Source of the DNA: Armatimonadota bacterium
Lineage (GTDB): Bacteria > Armatimonadota > UBA5829 > DTLH01
Direction: 5' to 3'
Assembly (NCBI GenBank): GCA_039679675.1
Contig: JBDKUN010000050.1
Coordinates: forward strand, 60,687 to 124,686
DNA length: 64,000 nt
Within the stretch, counting starts at the first letter, position 1; every line of letters begins with the position of its first letter. Positions 19,827 through 28,863 of this stretch are shown piece by piece. The translations under genes were made by a program, and so were the position numbers. The notes under the pieces were generated by a model. That model saw only the letters and a list, made by a program, of their open reading frames with translations, searched no databases and had not been told where the DNA came from.

Positions 19827-21137
19827 TCAAAAACCGAGTGTTTCAAGGACCAGAGGACTTACAGCAGGCGTATCTGGACCTATTTTGCAGGCTGAACTGA
19901 CTGCTTCGGCTGCGGACTCGACACATGCGGCGTTATTGTATAGTAAAACAGCGACCTCTTCTCCTACCTCGACAGAATCTCCGGCCTTCTTCTTCAAGAC
20001 CACACCAGATGACGGATCAATCGTATCTTCTTTTCTCTGTCTGCCTGCTCCAAGCATCCCGGCCGCGCGGCCTATGGCATAAGCATTGACCGATTGAATA
20101 AAACCTGATGAACCGGCAAGAATCGGGCGGCTGTATGCGACCTGCGGCAAGAGAGCCGGATCGTCAAGCACCCGCGTGTCGCCTCCCTGTGCCGATATTA
20201 CCTCCCGGAACTTCTCAAGTGCCGCGCCGGATGCGATTAAGCCTTCAAGCCGTTCTTTCGCGGCCGCATGTGACTCTGATAAACCTGTAACTTCAAGTAA
20301 AAGCGCTCCGAGTTCGATGCATAGCTCGTGTAAATCGGACGGCCCTCCTCCCCGTAGAGTCTCTATTGATTCTGCAACCTCGATCGAGTTCCCTACGGCA
20401 AGCCCAAGCGGTTGTTCCATGCCGGTAATTGCCGCTATCGTCTTTCTTCCCATCATATTGCCGATCTCGATCATCGTCCGGGCGAGCTTGCGCGCGCTTT
20501 CGATGTCCTTCATGAACGCCCCGCTTCCGGCTTTCACGTCCAGAAGGATGGTACTCGCACCGCAGGCGATTTTCTTGCTCATGACGCTTGAAGCAATGAG
20601 CGAAATGCACTCGACTGTTGCGGTTACATCCCTTAGTGCATAGATTTTCTTGTCAGCGGGAACCAAATTCCCTGTATGGCCCGCAAGGACGCAGCCGATA
20701 CTCGCCGCCTGAGCTAAAAATTGTTCTTTGGTCAGTTGAGTTGAGAAGCCGGGGATGGATTCGAGCTTATCCAGCGTCCCGCCGGTTATTCCGAGTCCAC
20801 GGCCGGACATTTTTGCCATGGTAAGCCCTGCACTTGCGAGGAGAGGCCCAAGGACGAGGGTAGTTTTGTCGCCCACCCCGCCTGTGCTGTGCTTGTCGAT
20901 GGTGATACCAGGAAGGGTTGAGAGGTCGATTGTTTCGCCGGAAGCTATCATGGCTTCGGTGAGGGCGACGGTTTCATCAGGGTCGAGGCCATTTATGCAG
21001 ACCGCCATAAGCCATGCGGACATCTGGTAATCGGCAACTTCACCTGAGACATAAGCTTTGATGAACGAGCAGATCTCTTCAGGCGTATGCCTGCCGCCGG
21101 TGCGTTTTTTGGTCAAAAAATCCGAGGTCGGTATCAT
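19827..21137 (-). CDS. pdp: Pyrimidine-nucleoside/thymidine phosphorylase
   Basis: DKHSTGGVGDK, MSGRGLGITGGTLDKLESIPG and ASSVMSKK motifs. Confidence 0.95.
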   Translation of the reverse strand: MIPTSDFLTKKRTGGRHTPEEICSFIKAYVSGEVADYQMSAWLMAVCINGLDPDETVALTEAMIASGETIDLSTLPGITIDKHSTGGVGDKTTLVLGPLLASAGLTMAKMSGRGLGITGGTLDKLESIPGFSTQLTKEQFLAQAASIGCVLAGHTGNLVPADKKIYALRDVTATVECISLIASSVMSKKIACGASTILLDVKAGSGAFMKDIESARKLARTMIEIGNMMGRKTIAAITGMEQPLGLAVGNSIEVAESIETLRGGGPSDLHELCIELGALLLEVTGLSESHAAAKERLEGLIASGAALEKFREVISAQGGDTRVLDDPALLPQVAYSRPILAGSSGFIQSVNAYAIGRAAGMLGAGRQRKEDTIDPSSGVVLKKKAGDSVEVGEEVAVLLYNNAACVESAAEAVSSACKIGPDTPAVSPLVLETLGF

Positions 21138-21214
21138 AATAACTATATAATACCGGCCTCAGAGATGAATTGCTATAGTGGTTTTGTGATGGATGAACCC
21201 TCAGCTATTTAATT

Positions 21215-22168
21215 TCACTCGGCTTTCGGAGCCACGGTGCCGGTCTCGCCGTTAAGCGCCCGTTCGATGGCTTTCTCAAGGTCTGCTCCCTTAGGATTGA
21301 CGGACGCAATCCCGCCGTCCTTCCCTATAATGAACGTGTACGGTGTTTTCTTGAGATTGTATTTGGTTGAGATCTTGAGCTGTATACTGGGGTCATATAT
21401 CTGAGGCCAGGATATACTCTTGTGTTTCTCCAGGAATTTATCCAGCGTTTTTTGCTCTTTATCGAGGTCAACGCCGATAACGGCAACATTTTTATCCTTG
21501 AACTTATTGTACGCTACCGCAATATTCTTGGCTTCTTTTTTAGACTGCTTATTTGATGACGCCCAGAAGTTGAGTATTACGACCTTGCCCTTGTAGCTTC
21601 CAAGATCGATCTGATTTCCATCAGCGGCTTTCTCATTGAAAACGGGTGCGGTATTGCCGGTCTCGACACCGACCGGCGGGCGTTTGAGCAAATCCTCGAC
21701 TGCCACCGCAAGGTCATTTCCACGTAACTTAACAGCTGCAATATTGCCTTCCCTGTCGATCAGGTAAGTAGTCGGAATGAAACGTATTCCATATGGACGG
21801 GCAATCTTGTCCTGTCCGTCGAAGATCTGCGGCCATGCTATACCCTTATCCTTAACGAATGCCTCCAACTTGCTCTGTTCTCTGTCCAGGCTGATTCCGA
21901 TTACAACGAGCCCCTGGTCTTTATACTTCTCATAAATTGCCTTAACATTAGGGATCTCACCTACACATGCATGACACCATGTGGCCCAAAAGTCGATCAG
22001 GACGACTTTGCCTTTATAGTTTTCCAGAGAAATCTGGTCTCCGTTGATCGCTGCTTTCTCCGAAAACGCCGGTGGGACATCACCGACCTTAAGCTCTGTC
22101 TGCGCTCCGGCCAACGACACGGAAACAACCAACAGCGCGATAACAATACCAAGCCTTTTCAAATGCAT
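21215..22168 (-). CDS. Exported double-domain TlpA/redoxin protein
   Basis: Signal peptide; domain 1 FWATWCHAC; domain 2 FWASSNKQS has no cysteines. Confidence 0.88.
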   Translation of the reverse strand: MHLKRLGIVIALLVVSVSLAGAQTELKVGDVPPAFSEKAAINGDQISLENYKGKVVLIDFWATWCHACVGEIPNVKAIYEKYKDQGLVVIGISLDREQSKLEAFVKDKGIAWPQIFDGQDKIARPYGIRFIPTTYLIDREGNIAAVKLRGNDLAVAVEDLLKRPPVGVETGNTAPVFNEKAADGNQIDLGSYKGKVVILNFWASSNKQSKKEAKNIAVAYNKFKDKNVAVIGVDLDKEQKTLDKFLEKHKSISWPQIYDPSIQLKISTKYNLKKTPYTFIIGKDGGIASVNPKGADLEKAIERALNGETGTVAPKAE

Positions 22169-22255
22169 CTTTACCTCCAAAATACTACTGGTCAGGTGAT
22201 ATATTCGCGTCCTCAGCACCTATTCTAGCTCAAATCGTATCGACAGTCCAAATCC

Positions 22256-22732
22256 TTAAGGCCGGGAGTTATTCGGACTGGGGGCTGTTATCTGCCCAAT
22301 CTTCACCGCAAGCTGCGCCGGTGTCCTCGCTGAAATGCTCTTTCCATCGATCCATACTTCAAGATGCAGGTGCGGGTCAGCCAGTTTTCGACCCACCCAA
22401 CCGATGCATTCGCCTTCATGGACAACTGTCCCTAAGTTGATCTTCTCATGAATATGCAAATGCGCGTAGACGGTCGTCACACCCTTCCCGGCGACATAGA
22501 TACCTGCCAATAGGCCCTCCCGGTCGGCTATACGGTTGATTCTGCCGCCATGCATGGCAAAAACTTGCTCACCGGCATTGGTAAAGATGTCCAGCCCGTC
22601 GCCGGTACCGGGCCTGCTGTACCCGAGCACTACGTTGTGTCCGGGTACGTCTGTTTTTCGATAAACGCTCCGCCCATGAAGAGTTTTGTTGTACCGATGG
22701 TTTACGATGCCGCCTTTTATCGGAGAGATCAT
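22256..22732 (-). CDS. M23 peptidase, candidate endolysin of the head module
   Basis: GLDIF, VFAMHGG, TVYAHL, IGWVG and PHLHLE motifs; directly downstream of the holin-like gene. Confidence 0.8.
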   Translation of the reverse strand: MISPIKGGIVNHRYNKTLHGRSVYRKTDVPGHNVVLGYSRPGTGDGLDIFTNAGEQVFAMHGGRINRIADREGLLAGIYVAGKGVTTVYAHLHIHEKINLGTVVHEGECIGWVGRKLADPHLHLEVWIDGKSISARTPAQLAVKIGQITAPSPNNSRP

Positions 22733-22733
22733 C

Positions 22734-23045
22734 CTACTTCCTCTTCCACTGCTGATAAATGAACTCCACGAGCAGGTTGGCGATGCTGGTCGGAATAGCA
22801 AATCCCAGTTCCTTCTCTGAAAGTTTAATCAGATAGTCCACAGCCTCTTTTCGCCGTTCTTCGGACGACAACTCCGAGAGTTTGGCAGCATATTCTATGG
22901 CTTTTACGATGTTCGCGCTGCCGATCCTGGAAAGCCACTTTCTGGCCCACTTCGGCAGCCTGTTTTTGCTGCTTACATAGCTTGTAACGAGGCCGATGAC
23001 ACCTATTGCGACCGCTGTCCAATCTCTGAATGATACATTATTCAT
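22734..23045 (-). CDS. Holin-like protein (LL-H type features)
   Basis: One N-terminal TM, then IVKAIEYA...ERRKEAVDYL...IANLLVE; GGAGG RBS. Confidence 0.6.
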   Translation of the reverse strand: MNNVSFRDWTAVAIGVIGLVTSYVSSKNRLPKWARKWLSRIGSANIVKAIEYAAKLSELSSEERRKEAVDYLIKLSEKELGFAIPTSIANLLVEFIYQQWKRK

Positions 23046-23050
23046 AACTT

Positions 23051-23296
23051 TCACCTCCCCAGAATGTGGGCCACGAAGGCCCCTATAATAGCGACAAAAA
23101 ACACCCCCGCAAACCACTGCATAGTCCGCATATTCCGCTCCTGCACGGTTATCCGTTCGGCGTGCTCTACTATCTTCGCCGGAATATACTCCCGCATGGA
23201 CGCGACTTCTTCGATCAAAGTCTCGATTTTGCTCTCAATAACGGCAAGGCGGGCGAGGATAGTTTCCTCACCCGCCTCGTTGGCAGTCACTCTCAT
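23051..23296 (-). CDS. Coiled-coil plus C-terminal TM protein (XhlA-like lysis accessory)
   Basis: RLAVIESKIETL...RITVQE, then a hydrophobic C-terminus; located in the lysis cassette. Confidence 0.55.
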   Translation of the reverse strand: MRVTANEAGEETILARLAVIESKIETLIEEVASMREYIPAKIVEHAERITVQERNMRTMQWFAGVFFVAIIGAFVAHILGR

Positions 23297-23315
23297 CGCC
23301 CAACCTCCTTATTTC

Positions 23316-23618
23316 TTATGAAAACGCCGCAATCTTGACCACAGCCGTCCCTCCAAGCCGCTGAACTACTATCTTTCGTACTGTGTAAGTCCGGTCATCC
23401 CTTGTCACGGTGTCTGAAACCGCTATCGGTGAGTCGGCTGCCGTAATGAGGATCAGCGCCGGGCGCTCTACGGCAGAGGTCTCATACGAATCGAAATACA
23501 TCCCCATCGTGCCCGAACTAATCACCTGAAAGAACCCCCTGCCCCTGGTAACGCCGTTTATCAGAAAGTCTTCCCCGAACTTCTCGATCTTTTTGTTGAC
23601 CCTCGACAGCACGCTCAT
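23316..23618 (-). CDS. Putative head-closure/head-tail joining protein
   Basis: 100 aa; ILIT...IAVSDTVTRDDRTYTVRKI pattern; position after the connector. Confidence 0.55.
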   Translation of the reverse strand: MSVLSRVNKKIEKFGEDFLINGVTRGRGFFQVISSGTMGMYFDSYETSAVERPALILITAADSPIAVSDTVTRDDRTYTVRKIVVQRLGGTAVVKIAAFS

Positions 23619-24055
23619 AGGACCTGCTCCGTCTCATCAGCCGCAAAAACCGGCTCGGTGTCTTTTGTGGTGCTCGATATGTTCGTTTCGGTCATCATCG
23701 GCTGCATGCTCTTCAGAAACGACGCCAGCCGTGCTGCACCCTGCTGGATGAGCACTGGGCCATGCTCTTTGATCTGGCCGATTGTGACGCCGCCGATTGA
23801 AAACTCTTCGGTACTCCCCATTTCGCGGGCAAGCTGCTGCAGGAATTCGCCTGATATGACCTCCAAAATGCCAAGTTTGAGCGCAGCCTGAAGTCTGGTA
23901 TCGGCAGTATTTGCCAGGTAGCTGTCTGCGATGGTAAACTCCACTGCAGGCTGCATCTCAGCGATCAAAGCGTCTATAGAGGTATCGTAAGTAGTATCCG
24001 ATGCAGGCAGCATGCATTTCCGCTTGACATCGGCATTTGTAATGGAAATAGCCAT
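23615..24055 (-). CDS. Putative head-tail connector/adaptor
   Basis: ITNADVK...DTTYDTSIDALIAE N-terminus typical of gp6/gp15-type adaptors; immediately after the capsid gene. Confidence 0.6.
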   Translation of the reverse strand: MAISITNADVKRKCMLPASDTTYDTSIDALIAEMQPAVEFTIADSYLANTADTRLQAALKLGILEVISGEFLQQLAREMGSTEEFSIGGVTIGQIKEHGPVLIQQGAARLASFLKSMQPMMTETNISSTTKDTEPVFAADETEQVL

Positions 24056-24086
24056 TTTGACCTCCGGTTCGAGAATTGAGAGATCC

Positions 24087-24128
24087 TATGCTTCGGGATC
24101 GCTTTTCATCCCGAAGCACGAATCTCCA
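24087..24128 (+). repeat. TATGCTTCGGGA repeat family copy
   Basis: TGCTTCGGGAT-cgcttttc-ATCCCGAAGCA-CGAATCTCCA. Confidence 0.8.
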
Positions 24129-24138
24129 TCGCTTGTCC

Positions 24139-25053
24139 CTACGCTACCAGACTGCCATATGCTGTCTGCCAGAGGCCGAAGCCCGCGTTGTACCTCGCGC
24201 GGACACCGTAGATATACTGGTCGCGCATAAAGCCGTTCTCACTCGTACCTTCAAGCGCAGAAAACTCCACCGGTACACGGGACTGGAAGATAATCGGCTT
24301 CACTATCCAGTTCGTGGCAAGCAGATACCAGTTGTTGGTGTCCGTAAGATACGGCGAAACGATCAGCTCCAGCCGGTTCTTGAGCGGATTCCCTGCAAGC
24401 TTCTGCGAACCGTCCGACGGGTCCAGTATCTCCGGGTAATAAGTCGAGTTCAAAAGCTCCAGCGCAGTCCACTGCAGGTCCGGCGGGACTACGAGCACGT
24501 CAGGAGATATACCGAGCGGCTTGCCCCTGTCGTCCTTGAACTTCGCCATCGCTGTGATCGCATTCTGCAGCGCAGTCGCCGAAAGCGCATCCGTACATTT
24601 GTTCGACTGTGTGCCGGATACTCCCTCGGAGTGGTCCGTATCGAAGAAATACTGCCCGTCATGGCAGACGGTGCTGAACCCGGACGCGAGAAGCGAGAAG
24701 ACTATCTCGTCTATATGCCTCTTCGTCTCGCGCGCGAGCCCCTGGACTCTCAACTTGATCTGGCCGTAGAGGTCATCCTCAATCGCAGCACGGTCGACAG
24801 CGATAGAAGCCTCCCAGGTCTTGTTTTTGATCTTGTACTCGTGCTCAAGCAGTCCTGCGGGAAGTCGTTCATCTGCGAACTCACGCATCTTCGGCACGGA
24901 ACCGAGCCATGCGTAAGTTTCGGTGTCCTGCTCGCTCGGAATGACAGTTATGATCTTCCTGGAATCGTTCGATGCGGCGTCATAAGCCTCGAAAAATACC
25001 GTTTTCAGCCCTGCTTCCAGCAGCCTGGGCATATCTGATTTTACAAGAGTCAT
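24139..25053 (-). CDS. Mu-like major capsid protein (gpT family)
   Basis: YAWLGSVPKMRE, IKNKTWEASIAVDRAAIEDD, CHDGQYFFDTDH, LVVPPDL and YGVRARYNAGFGLWQ motifs. Confidence 0.92.
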   Translation of the reverse strand: MTLVKSDMPRLLEAGLKTVFFEAYDAASNDSRKIITVIPSEQDTETYAWLGSVPKMREFADERLPAGLLEHEYKIKNKTWEASIAVDRAAIEDDLYGQIKLRVQGLARETKRHIDEIVFSLLASGFSTVCHDGQYFFDTDHSEGVSGTQSNKCTDALSATALQNAITAMAKFKDDRGKPLGISPDVLVVPPDLQWTALELLNSTYYPEILDPSDGSQKLAGNPLKNRLELIVSPYLTDTNNWYLLATNWIVKPIIFQSRVPVEFSALEGTSENGFMRDQYIYGVRARYNAGFGLWQTAYGSLVA

Positions 25054-25084
25054 TTATTAGCCTCCTTCATTAATGTGATATGTG

Positions 25085-25327
25085 CTACAGGATTCCAGCA
25101 GCGTGCCACTGGTCAAAAAACCGGGAATAACCCTTGCCCTGGTCAGCGGCGACTAGCATGTCATACTCGCTTCCCGGTGTAGCGGAATCTACAGCCGCAG
25201 CGAAGAAGCCTGAAAAGGTCTCTACGTCCACAGTCTGCCTTATAGTGCCGTCTTCGTACCTTTCAAGCACGATCATCCCGTCTTCGACCAGTCCCGCAGT
25301 TGTGAGCAGATTTATAAGATTGTCCAT
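25085..25327 (-). CDS. Hypothetical protein in the head module
   Basis: 80 aa with AGGAGG RBS; tightly packed in the operon. Confidence 0.6.
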   Translation of the reverse strand: MDNLINLLTTAGLVEDGMIVLERYEDGTIRQTVDVETFSGFFAAAVDSATPGSEYDMLVAADQGKGYSRFFDQWHAAGIL

Positions 25328-25335
25328 ATTACCTC

Positions 25336-25794
25336 CTAAAGCCCGAGAAGCTGCACACGGAGTTGGGCATATGATGCTTGCACTGCGCTGTCGTTCTTTA
25401 CGCCGAACTTTGCAGAATACCCCAGGAACCCACCATACGTGAGACCTATTCCTGTTCTATGCAATCGGAATGTACTGCCCGATGCAGCAACAGAAGCGAC
25501 AATAGCATCGTAGTTCGCATCACCGCTGGCTGTGCCGCTGCTGTCTTTTGATACTAAAACGCCTCTATACTGCTGGTCACTCTTGATAAAGAGTACAATA
25601 TTGCGGACCCACTGGACATTTTCGTAGTAGCTGCTCCAGACACATGCTCCGGCAGCCACATTTGTAGCATCTATAACCAGCCCCAGGTCCTGGTAGCGGC
25701 TGCCTGACGGGTCGGCACGAAGCGCACCATCACTGGTTGCCACCACCTCTTGAGAGCGTTTGGTAGTTTCATTTGACGCAGTAAGCAATATCAA
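25336..25794 (-). CDS. Hypothetical beta-rich protein, possible capsid decoration
   Basis: AAGGAGG RBS with TTG start; lies between the cement and capsid genes. Confidence 0.55.
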   Translation of the reverse strand: MILLTASNETTKRSQEVVATSDGALRADPSGSRYQDLGLVIDATNVAAGACVWSSYYENVQWVRNIVLFIKSDQQYRGVLVSKDSSGTASGDANYDAIVASVAASGSTFRLHRTGIGLTYGGFLGYSAKFGVKNDSAVQASYAQLRVQLLGL

Positions 25795-25803
25795 ACACCT
25801 CCT

Positions 25804-26220
25804 TTAGCTTGCGTAACGGTTTATCCTTATGCGCACACTTGCGGCATCAACCGACTCGACGCACATCCCGGCTTTGATATTGTTCGTAGTGGCGGCGTCG
25901 GTCACGGTCTGGTTATCGACGATCTTGAACTCGACTCCGAGGTCAGTCTGTGCGCCGTTCGAGTCTCCGTCGGCAAAGACGAATGTGCCGGTAGTCTCGA
26001 CTCTGATCACATTGTCGCCGGCGGCTCCGGCGGAATTGTCGACCGTCTCATAGGCGACTCCGGCGAAGGTTTCTCCGGCTGTGTCTGATGCATTCGTTGC
26101 GAACCCGGCAGCGTTTATGTTGACAAGCGCGCCTTTCGGGATTTTGACGGCAGCCATCTTATAGGCGATAAGCTCCCCGTCCTTTCGTTTGGATTCTCTT
26201 GCAGTAGTAGTTGCAGTCAT
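25804..26220 (-). CDS. Capsid cement/decoration protein (DUF2190-like)
   Basis: KIPKGALV...FAGVAYETVDNSAGAAGD...GTFVF...VDNQTV; such genes typically precede gpT in Mu-like phages. Confidence 0.75.
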   Translation of the reverse strand: MTATTTARESKRKDGELIAYKMAAVKIPKGALVNINAAGFATNASDTAGETFAGVAYETVDNSAGAAGDNVIRVETTGTFVFADGDSNGAQTDLGVEFKIVDNQTVTDAATTNNIKAGMCVESVDAASVRIRINRYAS

Positions 26221-26272
26221 GGTATGCTCCTTTCGTAGTTATTCTTTACTTTGTGGCCTGAGGTGAGCCGGT

Positions 26273-26695
26273 ATGGAAACAGGTAGCAATACTAAAAATA
26301 GTGGATGGTTGGCTATCGTGTATCTGCTGGGCTTTGTTCTGGCAATAGCCATTCCAGCAGCAATTCTCGTATGGATCCTTCCAGCTTATGAAAATACAAT
26401 AGTTATTACCGCCATATTCCTTATACTTGCAATACCTTCACTTTACATTGGCTTATCCTGGCATAATCCCAGGTGGACTCCTGAAACTCGATCTTGCACA
26501 AAATTCATTCTCATCATTTTTTCTCTCGGCGATACCCCTTTTGATCTATACAAAGTTATATCTAGCGGTTTCAACTGGCGTTTGTTTGATTGGCACCACT
26601 TAGTTGCATCGGTATGCTTCTTTTCGTCAATGTATGTCCCATTCCTGATAGGCCGAGTAATCTCCCGCCGGAAAACAAGCTCGGAAGCACCATGA
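26273..26695 (+). CDS. Hypothetical membrane protein, antisense to the head module
   Basis: 140 aa with 3-4 hydrophobic segments; GAGGTG RBS; AT-richer than flanks. Confidence 0.6.
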   Translation: METGSNTKNSGWLAIVYLLGFVLAIAIPAAILVWILPAYENTIVITAIFLILAIPSLYIGLSWHNPRWTPETRSCTKFILIIFSLGDTPFDLYKVISSGFNWRLFDWHHLVASVCFFSSMYVPFLIGRVISRRKTSSEAP

Positions 26696-26745
26696 GCCAC
26701 TGAGGCTCTGAAGGTGGAAACCTATAGAGCTTCCGCAGATCCCCT

Positions 26746-26790
26746 TTCGCGTTCTTCGTGCTCCTCCGCGCAATTCGCGATTCAAAACCA
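26746..26790 (+). repeat. TTCGCG...TTCGCGATTCAAAACC repeat family
   Basis: Near-identical to 28917-28960; degenerate copies at about 3373-3411 and 44063-44087. Confidence 0.7.
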
Positions 26791-26868
26791 TCATCCAAAC
26801 CCCTCCAGTATTTCACACAGCCTGCCATAATCAAATATGGTTCAGATTTGAGGCCTGGAGGTGGGTAT

Positions 26869-27915
26869 TTGAAACGGTACATCACAAAAAGTACGGATGA
26901 TATAGTCCTCGACGATCTTACGGAGTTGGTTTCGGAAACGACGCTCCAGCAGGTGCAGGACACTTTCACAGAGGCGCTCGGCATCCCAATACTTTTTGTC
27001 TCCTCAAACGGCAGGCTTGTGACCATGTCCGAAAAATTGGAGACATTCTGCTGGCAGTTCACCAGACAGGGAAAAGCCAAGAAACCATGCAGAAACTGCG
27101 GCAGGCACGAAGCAGCGGGCAGCGCCCATTCCGAGTTTGATTGCTCAATGGACCTCACAGACATCGCACTGCCGATAAAAGCAGGAGATGAGACTGTAGG
27201 GTATGTCGTTACATCGCTTGTCACAACCGAACCGGGCGCTCCAAGCGCGCTTGCTGCCGCTCTTGATTCGGGAATACCTGCTCCCAAGGCGGTAAAATAC
27301 GCATCAAGTATTCCTGTCGGCGCGCCGGACTGGAAAAACAAGGTCTGGCCTGGGCTCACCGCACTTCAGTCGATGGTTTCCGAGCTTGCCACCGCATCGC
27401 GCGGAAATATGCTGCATACTATTGTCGATCCGCTGACAGGGCTTGCCAATAGAGCATATTTCTGGGAATGCATTTCACGCGAGCTTGAGACCGCCAAAAC
27501 GCATAACTACCCAATATCGCTGCTCTTGGTCGATCTGGACGGATTCAAAGAGATCAACAGCGTCCACGGGCACGTGACCGGAGACAGAGTGCTTCAGTCA
27601 GTCGGAAAAATCATCCTGAAAGAGATCAGAAGCTCTGACCTCGTCGCAAGATACGCAGGTGATTCGTTCCTGGTAATGCTGAGATGCGCCGATCAGGCCG
27701 GAGCCGAGATAGTTGCATGGCGGCTGGATAAAAGGATAGCTGCATGCGATATCGTATCCCGTGGTCAGAAAATCCCGGTTTCCGCACATACTGGGCTTGC
27801 TACGTTCCCGACCTGTGCTGCAAATGATCCTGATACGCTGTTCAAAACAGCCTTTGCCGATCTGTGCAGATCCCGCGAATCATCAGAGATGCTGGATCAG
27901 CCCAAAGCAGCATAG
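26869..27915 (+). CDS. PocR-sensor plus degenerate GGDEF-domain protein
   Basis: PocR pattern LQQVQDTFTEALGIP...FC...C...C..DLTDIALPI; DPLTGLANR, DLDGFKEIN..HGH..GD, RSSD I-site, AGDSF active-site motif; TTG start after GGAGGT. Confidence 0.88.
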   Translation: MKRYITKSTDDIVLDDLTELVSETTLQQVQDTFTEALGIPILFVSSNGRLVTMSEKLETFCWQFTRQGKAKKPCRNCGRHEAAGSAHSEFDCSMDLTDIALPIKAGDETVGYVVTSLVTTEPGAPSALAAALDSGIPAPKAVKYASSIPVGAPDWKNKVWPGLTALQSMVSELATASRGNMLHTIVDPLTGLANRAYFWECISRELETAKTHNYPISLLLVDLDGFKEINSVHGHVTGDRVLQSVGKIILKEIRSSDLVARYAGDSFLVMLRCADQAGAEIVAWRLDKRIAACDIVSRGQKIPVSAHTGLATFPTCAANDPDTLFKTAFADLCRSRESSEMLDQPKAA

Positions 27916-27980
27916 TTCAATATAAAGTTTTTGTTACACTGCCTCTCTGGGAGTGGATTAGCTACCCACTCCCCATTTTT

Positions 27981-28772
27981 TCATCTACCCCGATATTTAG
28001 CCACCGATTCCGGCTCAAGTCCCAGCTTGGAATAGACCTCCCGCTCAGCCTCGCTCATCTCTACGGGCTCTTTCGCTCCGTCGGCAAGCTCCGAAAACTC
28101 GATCACTTTCGGTTGAGCTTCTAGAAACTTGAGAAACGTCTCCGCGACCGGCTTTTCTGCCACATCGGCAAATGTCACAACCTGCGAATCGCCAGCTGAA
28201 AGGATAGCCCGCGCGAGTCCTTCCGATGCGGGTGCAAGCTTTCCTGCCCGTTTCAGCGTGTCTATCTGTGAATCTACGTCACGTGCTTTTAGTTCACGCT
28301 CCAGGTCCGATATTCTCTTCGAAAACTCTGCTGATTTTGTCTCTGACATCTCTTCTCCTCCGTTTATTTCAGATTGGAACTCGACTGCATCACCGCCGAA
28401 CACTGCAGCTCCGGCAATTCTCGGATGCTTGACGATGCTCACCTCCGTAATACCAGATTTATCGCGTTTTACAGCCACCGAGAGCTTTTTCGCATCTGAC
28501 GACTGCACCAGCGCCCATGCTTCCGGGGTGAAGACGAGCCTGCCGAAAAGGTCCTTCCCCGCCCGCCAGAGTTTCGTCACCATTCCAAACTCAAGAGGGC
28601 TGTCTATATGCTCGATTTTGATCGGAACAGGCTGGTGAGCCTCAATCATCCTGTCCAGGTCATCCTGCGTGATCTCGATTCCACGGTCGGGATATTCCCC
28701 GGCGGTAAAGAGTTTCGCATCACGTTCGACAAGCTCTTTGGGGTCAACGTTGTTTCTTTTGTGTATATTCAT
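27981..28772 (-). CDS. Prohead protease/scaffold (Mu gpI-like)
   Basis: KLFTAGEY, PIKIEH, GMVTKLW, EVSIVKHPRI, then a coiled-coil scaffold with GKLAPA. Confidence 0.8.
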   Translation of the reverse strand: MNIHKRNNVDPKELVERDAKLFTAGEYPDRGIEITQDDLDRMIEAHQPVPIKIEHIDSPLEFGMVTKLWRAGKDLFGRLVFTPEAWALVQSSDAKKLSVAVKRDKSGITEVSIVKHPRIAGAAVFGGDAVEFQSEINGGEEMSETKSAEFSKRISDLERELKARDVDSQIDTLKRAGKLAPASEGLARAILSAGDSQVVTFADVAEKPVAETFLKFLEAQPKVIEFSELADGAKEPVEMSEAEREVYSKLGLEPESVAKYRGR

Positions 28773-28863
28773 CGGGTATTCCTCTCGTTGAAAAGGGGGA
28801 GAAGCACGATTCCCCACTGATTTGATAAACTTTCCTGGATGCTGAATCAAGTTCAGCATGACG

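Noticed and set aside
24076..25038. 320 aa plus-strand ORF opposite the capsid gene, and similar long antisense ORFs (765-1610, 16751-17506, 26571-27359, 57984-58655)
   Set aside because: These are shadow ORFs of well-supported genes and have no recognisable motifs.
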